Shown in pieces: positions 1 to 8,178 of a DNA stretch of 32,000 nt (the stretch's first letter is position 1; each line of letters starts with the position of its first letter). The notes beneath the pieces were generated by a model. That model did no database searches. It had not been told where the DNA came from and saw only the letters and a list, made by a program, of their open reading frames with translations. The position numbers and the translations under genes were made by a program. Origin of the DNA: an uncultured archaeon (GTDB lineage Archaea; Asgardarchaeota; Thorarchaeia; Thorarchaeales; CAZPUN01); the NCBI GenBank assembly GCA_964589775.1, contig CAZPUN010000037.1:1-32000 (forward strand), read 5' to 3'.

Positions 1-1
1 T

Positions 2-1261
2 CTTTCAATTACAAATATAACAGAAAAACCAATTCAAGAGGTATCGGGAAAAATATATTGGTATCCCAAGGAAAATATTACAATCAACCCAATTGCAATT
101 AAAATACCAAAATTAGACCCAAATGAAAGAGTAGATTTTAAGATTACAATAAAGAGTAATGTTGTTGGAACATCAATTATTCGACCGTTAGTTATTAAAT
201 TCATAGATCAAAATGGTGTAGAACATAGAGCTAGTATCAATGAAATTCCGGTCTATGTAACAGAAGAAGAAGTAGTATCCCCAGAAATTGAAGCTGCACT
301 ACAGCAAGCTGAGGCAATTAGTACTCAACCGATGTCTGCTGCAGAATCACAAAAAATAATAAAAGACGAAATCGAAGCGGCAAAAGCATTTTTAGAAACA
401 CTAGATTCATTAATGAAATCACCACAAAAAGCTTCCACAGAAGCAAGTACAACAACTACTGAACCAGTGGCAACAAGCACAACACCGGAAGTGTCGCCAT
501 TCTCAACGCCATCTGTAACAGAATCTGCATCTACAATAAAACCATCAGAACCACTCGAGATTCCGGAACACGCATTATTCGCACCACAAAAGACAGAAGA
601 ACCACTATTTGAAAGTACTACTGAAGAAAAAGTTGAAGAGAAACACGAACCATGTACTTCACCATTCAAAGATGTACCACCTAAACCAAGAAAACCAGGA
701 CGCCCTGAAGATAGCTATGATTACTTGTTCAAAGCTGTAGTTCTTGGAGAAGGAGCAGTTGGAAAAACATCGTTAGTAAATAGATTTGCAACAGGCAAAT
801 TCACGACAGATTACAAAGTTACAGTTGGTTCTCAATTTGCAGTAAAATTAACTGACATATATCCACCAGATTCAGAATATGCAATACGCGTAAAACTACA
901 AGTATGGGACCTTGCAGGCCAGGAGCGATTCCAAGGAGTTAGAAACTTATACTATGCAGGAGCAAGCGGAGGATTACTAGTATATGACGTGACTCGACGT
1001 AGATCATTCCTCGCATTAGAAAAATGGCTACAAGAGGCAGATAAATCAATCGGAAGACGAGTGCCATTCATAGTTGTAGGAAATAAGATAGACTTACCAG
1101 ACCGAGTTGTATCATTCGAAGAAGGAAAAGAATGGGCAGACAAACATGGATTCCTATATTGCGAATCAAGTGCGAAGACCGGAGAAAATGTCGGAGATAT
1201 ATTCAAAATAGTCGCAGAGATAATGTGGCTTGATATAAAAAAGAGACAAACAAAAAAATAA
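2..1261 (+). CDS. 5'-truncated fusion protein: Ig-like beta-sandwich + S/T/P/E-rich linker + C-terminal Rab-like small GTPase
   Basis: The frame is open from position 2 (LSITNITEKPIQEVSGKIYW...), so the ORF-track ATG at 332 is internal. GTPase from about 710: YDYLFK, G1 GEGAVGKT, G3 WDLAGQ, G4 NKID, G5 SAK; RabF-like VGSQF, KLQVW, YYAGA, LVYDVT. Confidence 0.9.
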   Translation, partial: LSITNITEKPIQEVSGKIYWYPKENITINPIAIKIPKLDPNERVDFKITIKSNVVGTSIIRPLVIKFIDQNGVEHRASINEIPVYVTEEEVVSPEIEAALQQAEAISTQPMSAAESQKIIKDEIEAAKAFLETLDSLMKSPQKASTEASTTTTEPVATSTTPEVSPFSTPSVTESASTIKPSEPLEIPEHALFAPQKTEEPLFESTTEEKVEEKHEPCTSPFKDVPPKPRKPGRPEDSYDYLFKAVVLGEGAVGKTSLVNRFATGKFTTDYKVTVGSQFAVKLTDIYPPDSEYAIRVKLQVWDLAGQERFQGVRNLYYAGASGGLLVYDVTRRRSFLALEKWLQEADKSIGRRVPFIVVGNKIDLPDRVVSFEEGKEWADKHGFLYCESSAKTGENVGDIFKIVAEIMWLDIKKRQTKK

Positions 1262-1348
1262 AAATATAGGAAGATAACGCCAAATTTATAAGAGTATTCG
1301 GAAGGGTTCCATATTAGTATTTAATATAACAAAGGAAGGTGCGTAACA

Positions 1349-1567
1349 CTGGGAACTGTAAGACCAAAGTACATAAAAAATGCCGCACGAAAACTAGTTG
1401 AGTTGTACCCAGACCGCTTTAATACAGACTTTGAAAATAACAAGAGAGTTGTGGATGAAGTCACAGACGCATATTCAAAGAAGCTTAGAAATAGAATTGC
1501 AGGGTACGTCACTAGATATATTAGAACCAAGATCCAAGAAGAAGAAATTGAAGCTAGTTCTAGCTAA
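1349..1567 (+). CDS. rps17e: 30S ribosomal protein eS17 (S17e)
   Basis: Manual translation: (M)GTVRPKYIKNAARKLVELYPDRFNTDFENNKRVVDEVTDAYSKKLRNRIAGYVTR...; DFENNK and SKKLRNRIAGYVT are eS17 signatures. Apparent start is CTG at 1349, after GGAAGGTG. Absent from the ORF track. Confidence 0.95.
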   Translation: MGTVRPKYIKNAARKLVELYPDRFNTDFENNKRVVDEVTDAYSKKLRNRIAGYVTRYIRTKIQEEEIEASSS

Positions 1568-1592
1568 TTCTTTTTAAAAATAAAAGTGCCAA

Positions 1593-2657
1593 TTAGGCAC
1601 TCTTTATCCATACTTTTGTTGTACTAAGTTCATGTAAGATATCATCACAAGCAGATTCAAAATTACTATAACCTACATATTCTGCTCCAGCGGCGTATTC
1701 ATGACCACCGCCACCAAACATTTTTGCAATTTCATTACATAAAACATCGTCAGTCGTTCGACGAATACCCATTAATCCGGAATTACCGACCGTAATAAGT
1801 ACATCTGCAACTTCATAACTTTTCCCAGATTTATCAACTAGATTCTTAGGGTCGCTCAAATAATTTGCAACATCAGTAGTTGTAATCCCTTCAGGAATAA
1901 AAACAATACGGACAAGCTTTCCATGAATCTTTTGAGAACATGATTTTTCCAATAGGCCTTTCATTTTTTTCGCTCTAAGCTTTCGATAAGCTTTCACTTG
2001 AAGCCTATAATTATCATCAGGTATTATCTTTCGTTTTTCATCCCAAAGAGCTGAGATTCCTTTGTTAGCCAATAATAATGAGATGTGGTGTAACTCTTTT
2101 TGTAGCTCTGCATTACTATCACTAAAGCTATATCTAATATGGGTTATAAGATCTGAAAGCACTTGTGATGATTCCAGTTCTTGCAAATTAAAGTCAGAAT
2201 CATGTGCTACCCTTGCAAGCTCGATACTAATATCATCGTTTGGCATTAATACTTTTTGAGCAATTTCTGCAGCACATAATGATTTGACAATTTTAAGAAC
2301 GGGTGAATTTGGTAGGGATAATATGAATTTAATTGCCGATGCATGCCATTCGTGATGATCCAACCATACAATCCGACAACCTTGTTTCGCTAATGAGGAT
2401 AACGTGCTCAATACTACTTTTTCTGAACTCTTATCAATACCAAGATCTGTAATTAAAACCAATGTATCATGATAAGACTTTAAATTAGGAAAATATTCTT
2501 CGAGATCACCATAATCCAAAAATAAAGTCTTATATTCCATATTCTTTTTCATGGCGTATCGAATAGATATAGCTGCAGAACATATACCATCAGGATCTTT
2601 TGCATGCGATATAATTAGTACTTTCGAATATTTTTTAGACTTATCACTTGTAGCCAT
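1593..2657 (-). CDS. DHH/DHHA1 family phosphoesterase (NrnA/RecJ-like)
   Basis: Motifs HxxDPDG, TDLG, LDHH and C-terminal GGGGHEYAAG. Start moved to ATG 2657, downstream of a GAGGAG SD. Confidence 0.9.
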   Translation of the reverse strand: MATSDKSKKYSKVLIISHAKDPDGICSAAISIRYAMKKNMEYKTLFLDYGDLEEYFPNLKSYHDTLVLITDLGIDKSSEKVVLSTLSSLAKQGCRIVWLDHHEWHASAIKFILSLPNSPVLKIVKSLCAAEIAQKVLMPNDDISIELARVAHDSDFNLQELESSQVLSDLITHIRYSFSDSNAELQKELHHISLLLANKGISALWDEKRKIIPDDNYRLQVKAYRKLRAKKMKGLLEKSCSQKIHGKLVRIVFIPEGITTTDVANYLSDPKNLVDKSGKSYEVADVLITVGNSGLMGIRRTTDDVLCNEIAKMFGGGGHEYAAGAEYVGYSNFESACDDILHELSTTKVWIKSA

Positions 2658-2714
2658 TGTAAACTCCTCGAAGTACAACTAAGTAGGGAAAGATTAAAAT
2701 ATTCTTTAATTTTG

Positions 2715-3674
2715 CTATTTGAGATATTCTTTTTCTTTTGCAATACACAATTTACGGATAATTGCAATCATTTCATCACGCCTAGATGGGTCTATGGCAA
2801 CCATTCCAAATGTAGGTACACCCAAGAGTTTTTCCACAACCTTAGGCGGCAGTGCATTCGGTAAATCTTGAAAATTTGCAATTGCCCAAACTATGGCATC
2901 AGGAACAATACTCTTCGCAAATTCTAGAACTTTCTTAGATTGAAGAACCTCACTTAGCAAAGATTTAACGACAAGCAACATGCCGTCGGTTCCACGTAAA
3001 TATACATTCCAAGTGCCTCTAAGGAGCCTTTGTCCAGGCATATCATGCACAACAATAACCTTATTTCCAATAAATAGCCATTCATCATCTTCTTTAATAT
3101 TGACATGTTTTAACAAATCTGAAATAGATGCCCCGGCATGAGCAATATGGGGTTGTATTGTTGGTGAATATTCCAGCGATGGGTCGCCTGTTGCTACTAG
3201 TCGAGCAATTGTAGTCTTTCCAACACCAGGAAGACCAATGATAGATATTTTTGCAATTGATACAAGTTGCTCATTCAATATTTTATCTAATTCATTTATT
3301 TGTTCGGGATCAGTAATAGGATACAGCTTCAAACCATATCGTTGTATGAATAACTTGCGAATATTCTTAATTTTTGCATAAAGCTCATCTACATTCTCAG
3401 TGGGGTCTGAATAAATTACAAAACAATTCTTAGCGAATGTTTCAAAAACAAATTTTAGTTTCATATGGTCCTCATTAATAATATCAAACTCCCCCGGAAA
3501 ATCGATGCTTTCGCCTATGAAAGTCAAATGAGATATTTTTCGCCTATATTCATTTATTTTTATTCTTAGTTCATCCATAATACGTTTTGAAATTTTTACA
3601 GGCCAGAATTCCTTCTTGAATACAATCTCAAATGCTGAATTTAATACAAACATCCCATATATCAACCACGACAC
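2715..3674 (-). CDS. Longin-like N-terminal domain fused to Arf/Sar-like small GTPase
   Basis: G1 GLPGVGKT, switch I PTI, G3 DMPGQ followed by Arf-like RGTWNVY, G4 NFQD. The first ~135 aa show a beta-beta-alpha-beta-beta-beta-alpha-alpha hydrophobic pattern (IYGMFVLN..IVFKKEF) typical of longin domains. Confidence 0.75.
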   Translation of the reverse strand: MSWLIYGMFVLNSAFEIVFKKEFWPVKISKRIMDELRIKINEYRRKISHLTFIGESIDFPGEFDIINEDHMKLKFVFETFAKNCFVIYSDPTENVDELYAKIKNIRKLFIQRYGLKLYPITDPEQINELDKILNEQLVSIAKISIIGLPGVGKTTIARLVATGDPSLEYSPTIQPHIAHAGASISDLLKHVNIKEDDEWLFIGNKVIVVHDMPGQRLLRGTWNVYLRGTDGMLLVVKSLLSEVLQSKKVLEFAKSIVPDAIVWAIANFQDLPNALPPKVVEKLLGVPTFGMVAIDPSRRDEMIAIIRKLCIAKEKEYLK

Positions 3675-3735
3675 CTATCAAACAATATAATTTATCTAAT
3701 ATATATTAATTATGTATAAAAAAAGGAAAAAAGCT

Positions 3736-6396
3736 CTATATAACGAGAGCTTTCTTTTCTTCTGTAATTTCTTTTGCTTCCTGCATTGCAACATCATAAA
3801 TATCAATTACGCATCGATTAAATAAAGGACTCTTTGAACCTATCTGAGCAAGCTTGTATAATGGATATGAAAGAACACGCATCTTTCCAGTCATATCAAC
3901 AGAACGCTTGAATTCACTTAGAGTATTATTATCCCAACTACCAGTAAGTCCAGTAAAGAAGCTATACCAGTAAACGGATATAAACGTGCCAATGAAGAAT
4001 AATAACACTGAGCTAAGTATCCCAGCATCCCAAATCAAACGGGATATAAATTCCAGTAATGCAAAGTTCATTATTGCAGCAAGCCCGGGTCCAATATAGG
4101 TCTGCCACACATAGAACTTAGGTGCAGTAATTTTACGACGAATGATTGCCCATGTTGAGACGTCCTTTATTGCAAGAGCGATAACATAAGCATATATGAT
4201 ACCCACCATACCTGCAGACCAATACACTACAAAGTATACCATAAGAATTGCACGAATTGCCTGTTCTTCGATCCAGACTAATGCAGCAAGCCCAGTACGT
4301 CCTACACCTGCATAAACATTATCAGAACACCAGCTAAAATATCCAATAAGCTGGAATAGTAGAAGCCCCGGCAAAAGAACATTTGCGGGTTCCCATTCTG
4401 GACCAGCAGCACCTGATATAAATCGCCAACCAACAGCATATAATGAAGACACGATCCAGAATACAATAAATGAACCCCATTTGAGACCTTCTGCAGCATA
4501 TAGTTCCACTAATTTATGCTTCTTGTGAGAATATGCTTCAGATATTCCCCCCATCAGACTGTCCATAAATAGTCCTGCAACACTAACGATCAATACAAGA
4601 TTCCATGCCAGACTGAAATACCCTTGTTGTGCAGACCAACTAAGCAATTGGGTACTTACAATAATCATTTGCAACATCCAGACAGCGGGAACCCAAACTT
4701 GACCTGCAGTCCATTTTGCTCCAAACTTAAGTGCTTGCTTTACCTGTGCAACACCAAAGTCAACCCTAAAGAAAGTCGTAGCGTGAAATCCTAATTTTTT
4801 AAATAGATATAACGTAAATAGAAACATCATCCATTCTTGGAAATATCCACCTAGTGCATAACCAATCGCACCACCTAATGCCTCGCCAAAAATCGGATTT
4901 TGAGAACCCCACCAGCGAAATATAAGGATTCCAGTATAAGGTCCAATTATGCTGAAAACAGCGTAATACATAAGATTCGATAATTGCTGGAGATCAATAC
5001 GCTGAAGTGCTCTAAATACAAACAAAAAGACTAACGTAAATCCTGGATATTGAACTAAACTATGTGCAATAAAAATCCACGTTAAGTGTGCAAGAAATGT
5101 ATGTGGGAAGAAGATAGAACCTAAGAATGAGATTAGAAATACTTGTACCACACCTGTAAGCATCTGAAACCAGATAAAAATCTGAACATATTTTATAGCT
5201 TCTAAAGGCTTATCAACACGATATTGTGCGAAATATTTTACAAGAGCAACACTTGTACCAAGATCGAATACAACCCAAATTGCTTGGAAAAGATTTATTG
5301 AAAAGCTATACCATCCAGCAGCCTGAGGATATGGCAGAATAAATCGGGGTAAGATCATAGATTGCATGATCGCATTAGGAATAACAATAAGCATAACAAC
5401 AAAGAACATGTAAAGAAATCCACCAATTTGCCTGTGAAGCCCAACCTGTTCCCATTCGTCTTGCTTTTGCTTTTTCTCAACCTCTTCAAGAATTTCTTCA
5501 GAGAGCGTTTCAATACGCGGTTTATGCGATTTAGAATACGAACGAATTTTTATGAAAACACCAACAGCAAACAATGCAAGAATGAAAACAAAAACCCCAA
5601 TTAGCACTTGCTGTTCGAAATGTGGTACTGGAGAATATGGCCAATCGGGATAAGAAAGAAATGAATGACCAGCAGAATACATTGCAGATGAATAGATAAA
5701 GTAATTAAAATAAGGCCATAAGGTGATCTCAACATTAAATGGTTCGCCAGTTTGAGAATTTATTGTAGTCCACGGAGTATACACAACAATCCTGCCAGCA
5801 CCAACTTGCTTTTCAAAAAGTAAAGGAATTCCAGTACCAGATATTGTGTTATTTCTAAGGATTATATCAACATCGGAGGAGATATTAGAGAAAATTGTTG
5901 TAGCATGCGTTTCAGGCACAGATGCCCAGTCAATTTGCGCAAGTGGATTGCTAGGATTGGAGATATATGTAAACAATGTCGCATTTATGGTATAACTTAA
6001 TGTTTTTGCGTTAGTAAGAGTGAAATTTGAAAAACCATAGGGATTTGAAGTCATCTTGGGGCCCATGAAAATATTGATGCCCCCACCAGCATTCAAATAA
6101 TCTAATAATAGCTGCACCGCACTATTATTTAATGGTTTATCAACAATAAATATCGAATCATAACCGGAAATAGAACTTGGCAATACATCTGTTTTAGTAA
6201 CATTAATCGATTTATCAAGCTCAATACTTTCTTCAATTTTACTGGAATCTTCATCTGTAAACAAAAGAACATCCAAAGTAATAGAACCTGAAGATTGAGC
6301 TTGAGCTGTTAAAACCGTATATCCAATAACAAACATAGGACTTCCAGTTAAAAATAACATTAATGAAATCAAGCCAATTTTACGAATATCCATCAT
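3736..6396 (-). CDS. MOP-superfamily (Wzx/MurJ/Rft1-like) flippase fused to an N-terminal extracytoplasmic alpha/beta domain
   Basis: N-terminal signal/TM segment, ~230-aa soluble domain with N-x-S/T sequons, one TM, a charged linker, then about 12-14 hydrophobic helices containing FDLGTSVALVKYFA (Wzx-like DLG..ALVRY motif). Confidence 0.7.
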   Translation of the reverse strand: MMDIRKIGLISLMLFLTGSPMFVIGYTVLTAQAQSSGSITLDVLLFTDEDSSKIEESIELDKSINVTKTDVLPSSISGYDSIFIVDKPLNNSAVQLLLDYLNAGGGINIFMGPKMTSNPYGFSNFTLTNAKTLSYTINATLFTYISNPSNPLAQIDWASVPETHATTIFSNISSDVDIILRNNTISGTGIPLLFEKQVGAGRIVVYTPWTTINSQTGEPFNVEITLWPYFNYFIYSSAMYSAGHSFLSYPDWPYSPVPHFEQQVLIGVFVFILALFAVGVFIKIRSYSKSHKPRIETLSEEILEEVEKKQKQDEWEQVGLHRQIGGFLYMFFVVMLIVIPNAIMQSMILPRFILPYPQAAGWYSFSINLFQAIWVVFDLGTSVALVKYFAQYRVDKPLEAIKYVQIFIWFQMLTGVVQVFLISFLGSIFFPHTFLAHLTWIFIAHSLVQYPGFTLVFLFVFRALQRIDLQQLSNLMYYAVFSIIGPYTGILIFRWWGSQNPIFGEALGGAIGYALGGYFQEWMMFLFTLYLFKKLGFHATTFFRVDFGVAQVKQALKFGAKWTAGQVWVPAVWMLQMIIVSTQLLSWSAQQGYFSLAWNLVLIVSVAGLFMDSLMGGISEAYSHKKHKLVELYAAEGLKWGSFIVFWIVSSLYAVGWRFISGAAGPEWEPANVLLPGLLLFQLIGYFSWCSDNVYAGVGRTGLAALVWIEEQAIRAILMVYFVVYWSAGMVGIIYAYVIALAIKDVSTWAIIRRKITAPKFYVWQTYIGPGLAAIMNFALLEFISRLIWDAGILSSVLLFFIGTFISVYWYSFFTGLTGSWDNNTLSEFKRSVDMTGKMRVLSYPLYKLAQIGSKSPLFNRCVIDIYDVAMQEAKEITEEKKALVI

Positions 6397-6523
6397 TTAA
6401 GCACCTATTTCTTTCATTTCTATAAATAAAAAGTATTGTAAATCAAAAATAAAAAGTTAGTGTAAACATTGTTTTTTTATACTAAAGAAATAAATAAATA
6501 TTAGATAAATTGAGGTGTGCATA

Positions 6524-7435
6524 ATGTTTGTACGACTTACGAAAGAAGGAAATGTTGGGATTGGAAGAGGCGATCCTGAAGAAGAAATCTTGATTAGTTT
6601 TGGTGAAATTTACGATATGATTGAAGTCTTAAAAAAAGCAATAGCAACACCAAAATATGAGGGATACATAAAAAGGACTTCGCCAAACCTGCCAAGACAA
6701 AAAGTTGGGGCAAAATCAAAATCCGCATCACAGATTTATTTAATTGACGGAAAAACATCAATTGTTTTCCATAATAATGAAGTGAATAAAATTATAGATA
6801 TATTACAAAACCTACCCGCACCAGCTACAAAATCATCAGGTGGTAAATACGTATTTATTCCAGAAAAGAACAGCAAACAGATAAATATAGGAAAAGACCC
6901 ATCAAAACCGATTGTTGAACTATCTGTTGTTGATGCAAGTAGATTATATTTGTTATTTAAAGCAAGTTTAAAGGCGGATTATTTCATATCGGAAATCAAT
7001 CTTATTAACGAAGGAACCCTAATTTTGGAGAAACCTGAAGGCCCCAAATGGATATTAAAATCCGATAAAAGCTCGATATCAATAAACGCATTTGATGTTG
7101 AAAGTCTTCTATTTGATTTAGGAACAAATATATCAAAAATATTAGGTGAATCAATTGGTTCCATAGAGCGCGATAAATTAGGATCCATTAGACGTAAAAG
7201 CCTAATCAATGGTTTTGATGAAAGAATGACAAATACTATTGAAAAAACATATGGAAAGAAACCACCCTTCAAACAAAAAATCAAAAAATTACTAGAAAAG
7301 GCTATGGACCCCACATTAGACGCAGATAGTCGTTTTGATACGTTCTTAAAAATAATTGACAACATAGAGAAAAACATCGACATTCATACAGCAGAGATTA
7401 TCCTAAAGGATTTGAACCAACTGATCAATATTTAG
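6524..7435 (+). CDS. Hypothetical protein with about 4 beta-hairpin-helix repeats
   Basis: Long ORF with GAGGTG SD before ATG 6524; no recognised family. Confidence 0.75.
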   Translation: MFVRLTKEGNVGIGRGDPEEEILISFGEIYDMIEVLKKAIATPKYEGYIKRTSPNLPRQKVGAKSKSASQIYLIDGKTSIVFHNNEVNKIIDILQNLPAPATKSSGGKYVFIPEKNSKQINIGKDPSKPIVELSVVDASRLYLLFKASLKADYFISEINLINEGTLILEKPEGPKWILKSDKSSISINAFDVESLLFDLGTNISKILGESIGSIERDKLGSIRRKSLINGFDERMTNTIEKTYGKKPPFKQKIKKLLEKAMDPTLDADSRFDTFLKIIDNIEKNIDIHTAEIILKDLNQLINI

Positions 7436-8127
7436 AAGCTCGTATCATACGAGCTAATATTTTTCACTTTCTTGATTACAGATTTTATTAATTCATTCTT
7501 TTTCAGATTTTCAATTGCTTGTTTTACAACGCTATTAGGCAATCTGAGCTTTTCAGCAATATCATCAACACTTAGAGGTTTCTCGGATGCTAATATTAAA
7601 AAGAATATTTTCTTGGTTGTTTCATCAAATCCGGCTTCAAATAAAGCTTCATCTAACGATCCTAAAATTCTCTGTCGTTCTCTTAAAATTAAAATCCGCT
7701 CTTTTTCGATTTTCTTAAGACGTTCATCTAAATCTTTAATACGACCAATTTGGGATCTTATGAATTCATTAAGTTCTTTACTAATCGATCTAGATTCATC
7801 ATCATATTCTTCATCTAAATCAGGGAAATCAACCATACGAATTCGAAATTCATGAGGACCAAACCACATAGAAATCGCAATACTACGATTGATTTCAAAA
7901 TATGTACGCTGGGGTCCTAATGGGCTTGGAACTGTGCGTTCTGTAATAAATCCTTTTTGATGTAAAATTTCGAGATGTTTAACTACTGCGCGCTGACTGA
8001 TGCCAAGTTCTTTTGCTAACTCGAATGCATAATATGGCTTATGTGACAACAGCTCGAGAATTGCCCGTCGTGTAGGATTCCCGAGGATAAATAAGATATC
8101 GTCAATGAACATACCATTAGGACTCAT
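7432..8127 (-). CDS. ArsR-like wHTH heat-shock regulator, Phr/HSR1 family
   Basis: LGNPTRRAILELLSHKPYYAFELAKELGISQRAVVKHL resembles the Pyrococcus Phr N-terminus, followed by a coiled coil and a second HTH. Lies downstream of hsp20-cdc48. GGGGTGA SD precedes ATG 8127. Confidence 0.85.
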   Translation of the reverse strand: MSPNGMFIDDILFILGNPTRRAILELLSHKPYYAFELAKELGISQRAVVKHLEILHQKGFITERTVPSPLGPQRTYFEINRSIAISMWFGPHEFRIRMVDFPDLDEEYDDESRSISKELNEFIRSQIGRIKDLDERLKKIEKERILILRERQRILGSLDEALFEAGFDETTKKIFFLILASEKPLSVDDIAEKLRLPNSVVKQAIENLKKNELIKSVIKKVKNISSYDTSF

Positions 8128-8139
8128 GTTAATCACCCC

Positions 8140-8173
8140 AAAAAAATGTTTTGGATGGAGAATATTCTCCATC
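8140..8173 (-). terminator. Perfect 20-bp palindrome plus T tract between cdc48 and the regulator
   Basis: GATGGAGAATATTCTCCATC (8154-8173) lies just after the cdc48 stop and is followed on the minus strand by CAAAACATTTTTTT. Confidence 0.55.
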
Positions 8174-8178
8174 AGGGT

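Noticed and set aside
1321-1530. 69-aa minus-strand ORF
   Set aside because: Antisense shadow of rps17e.
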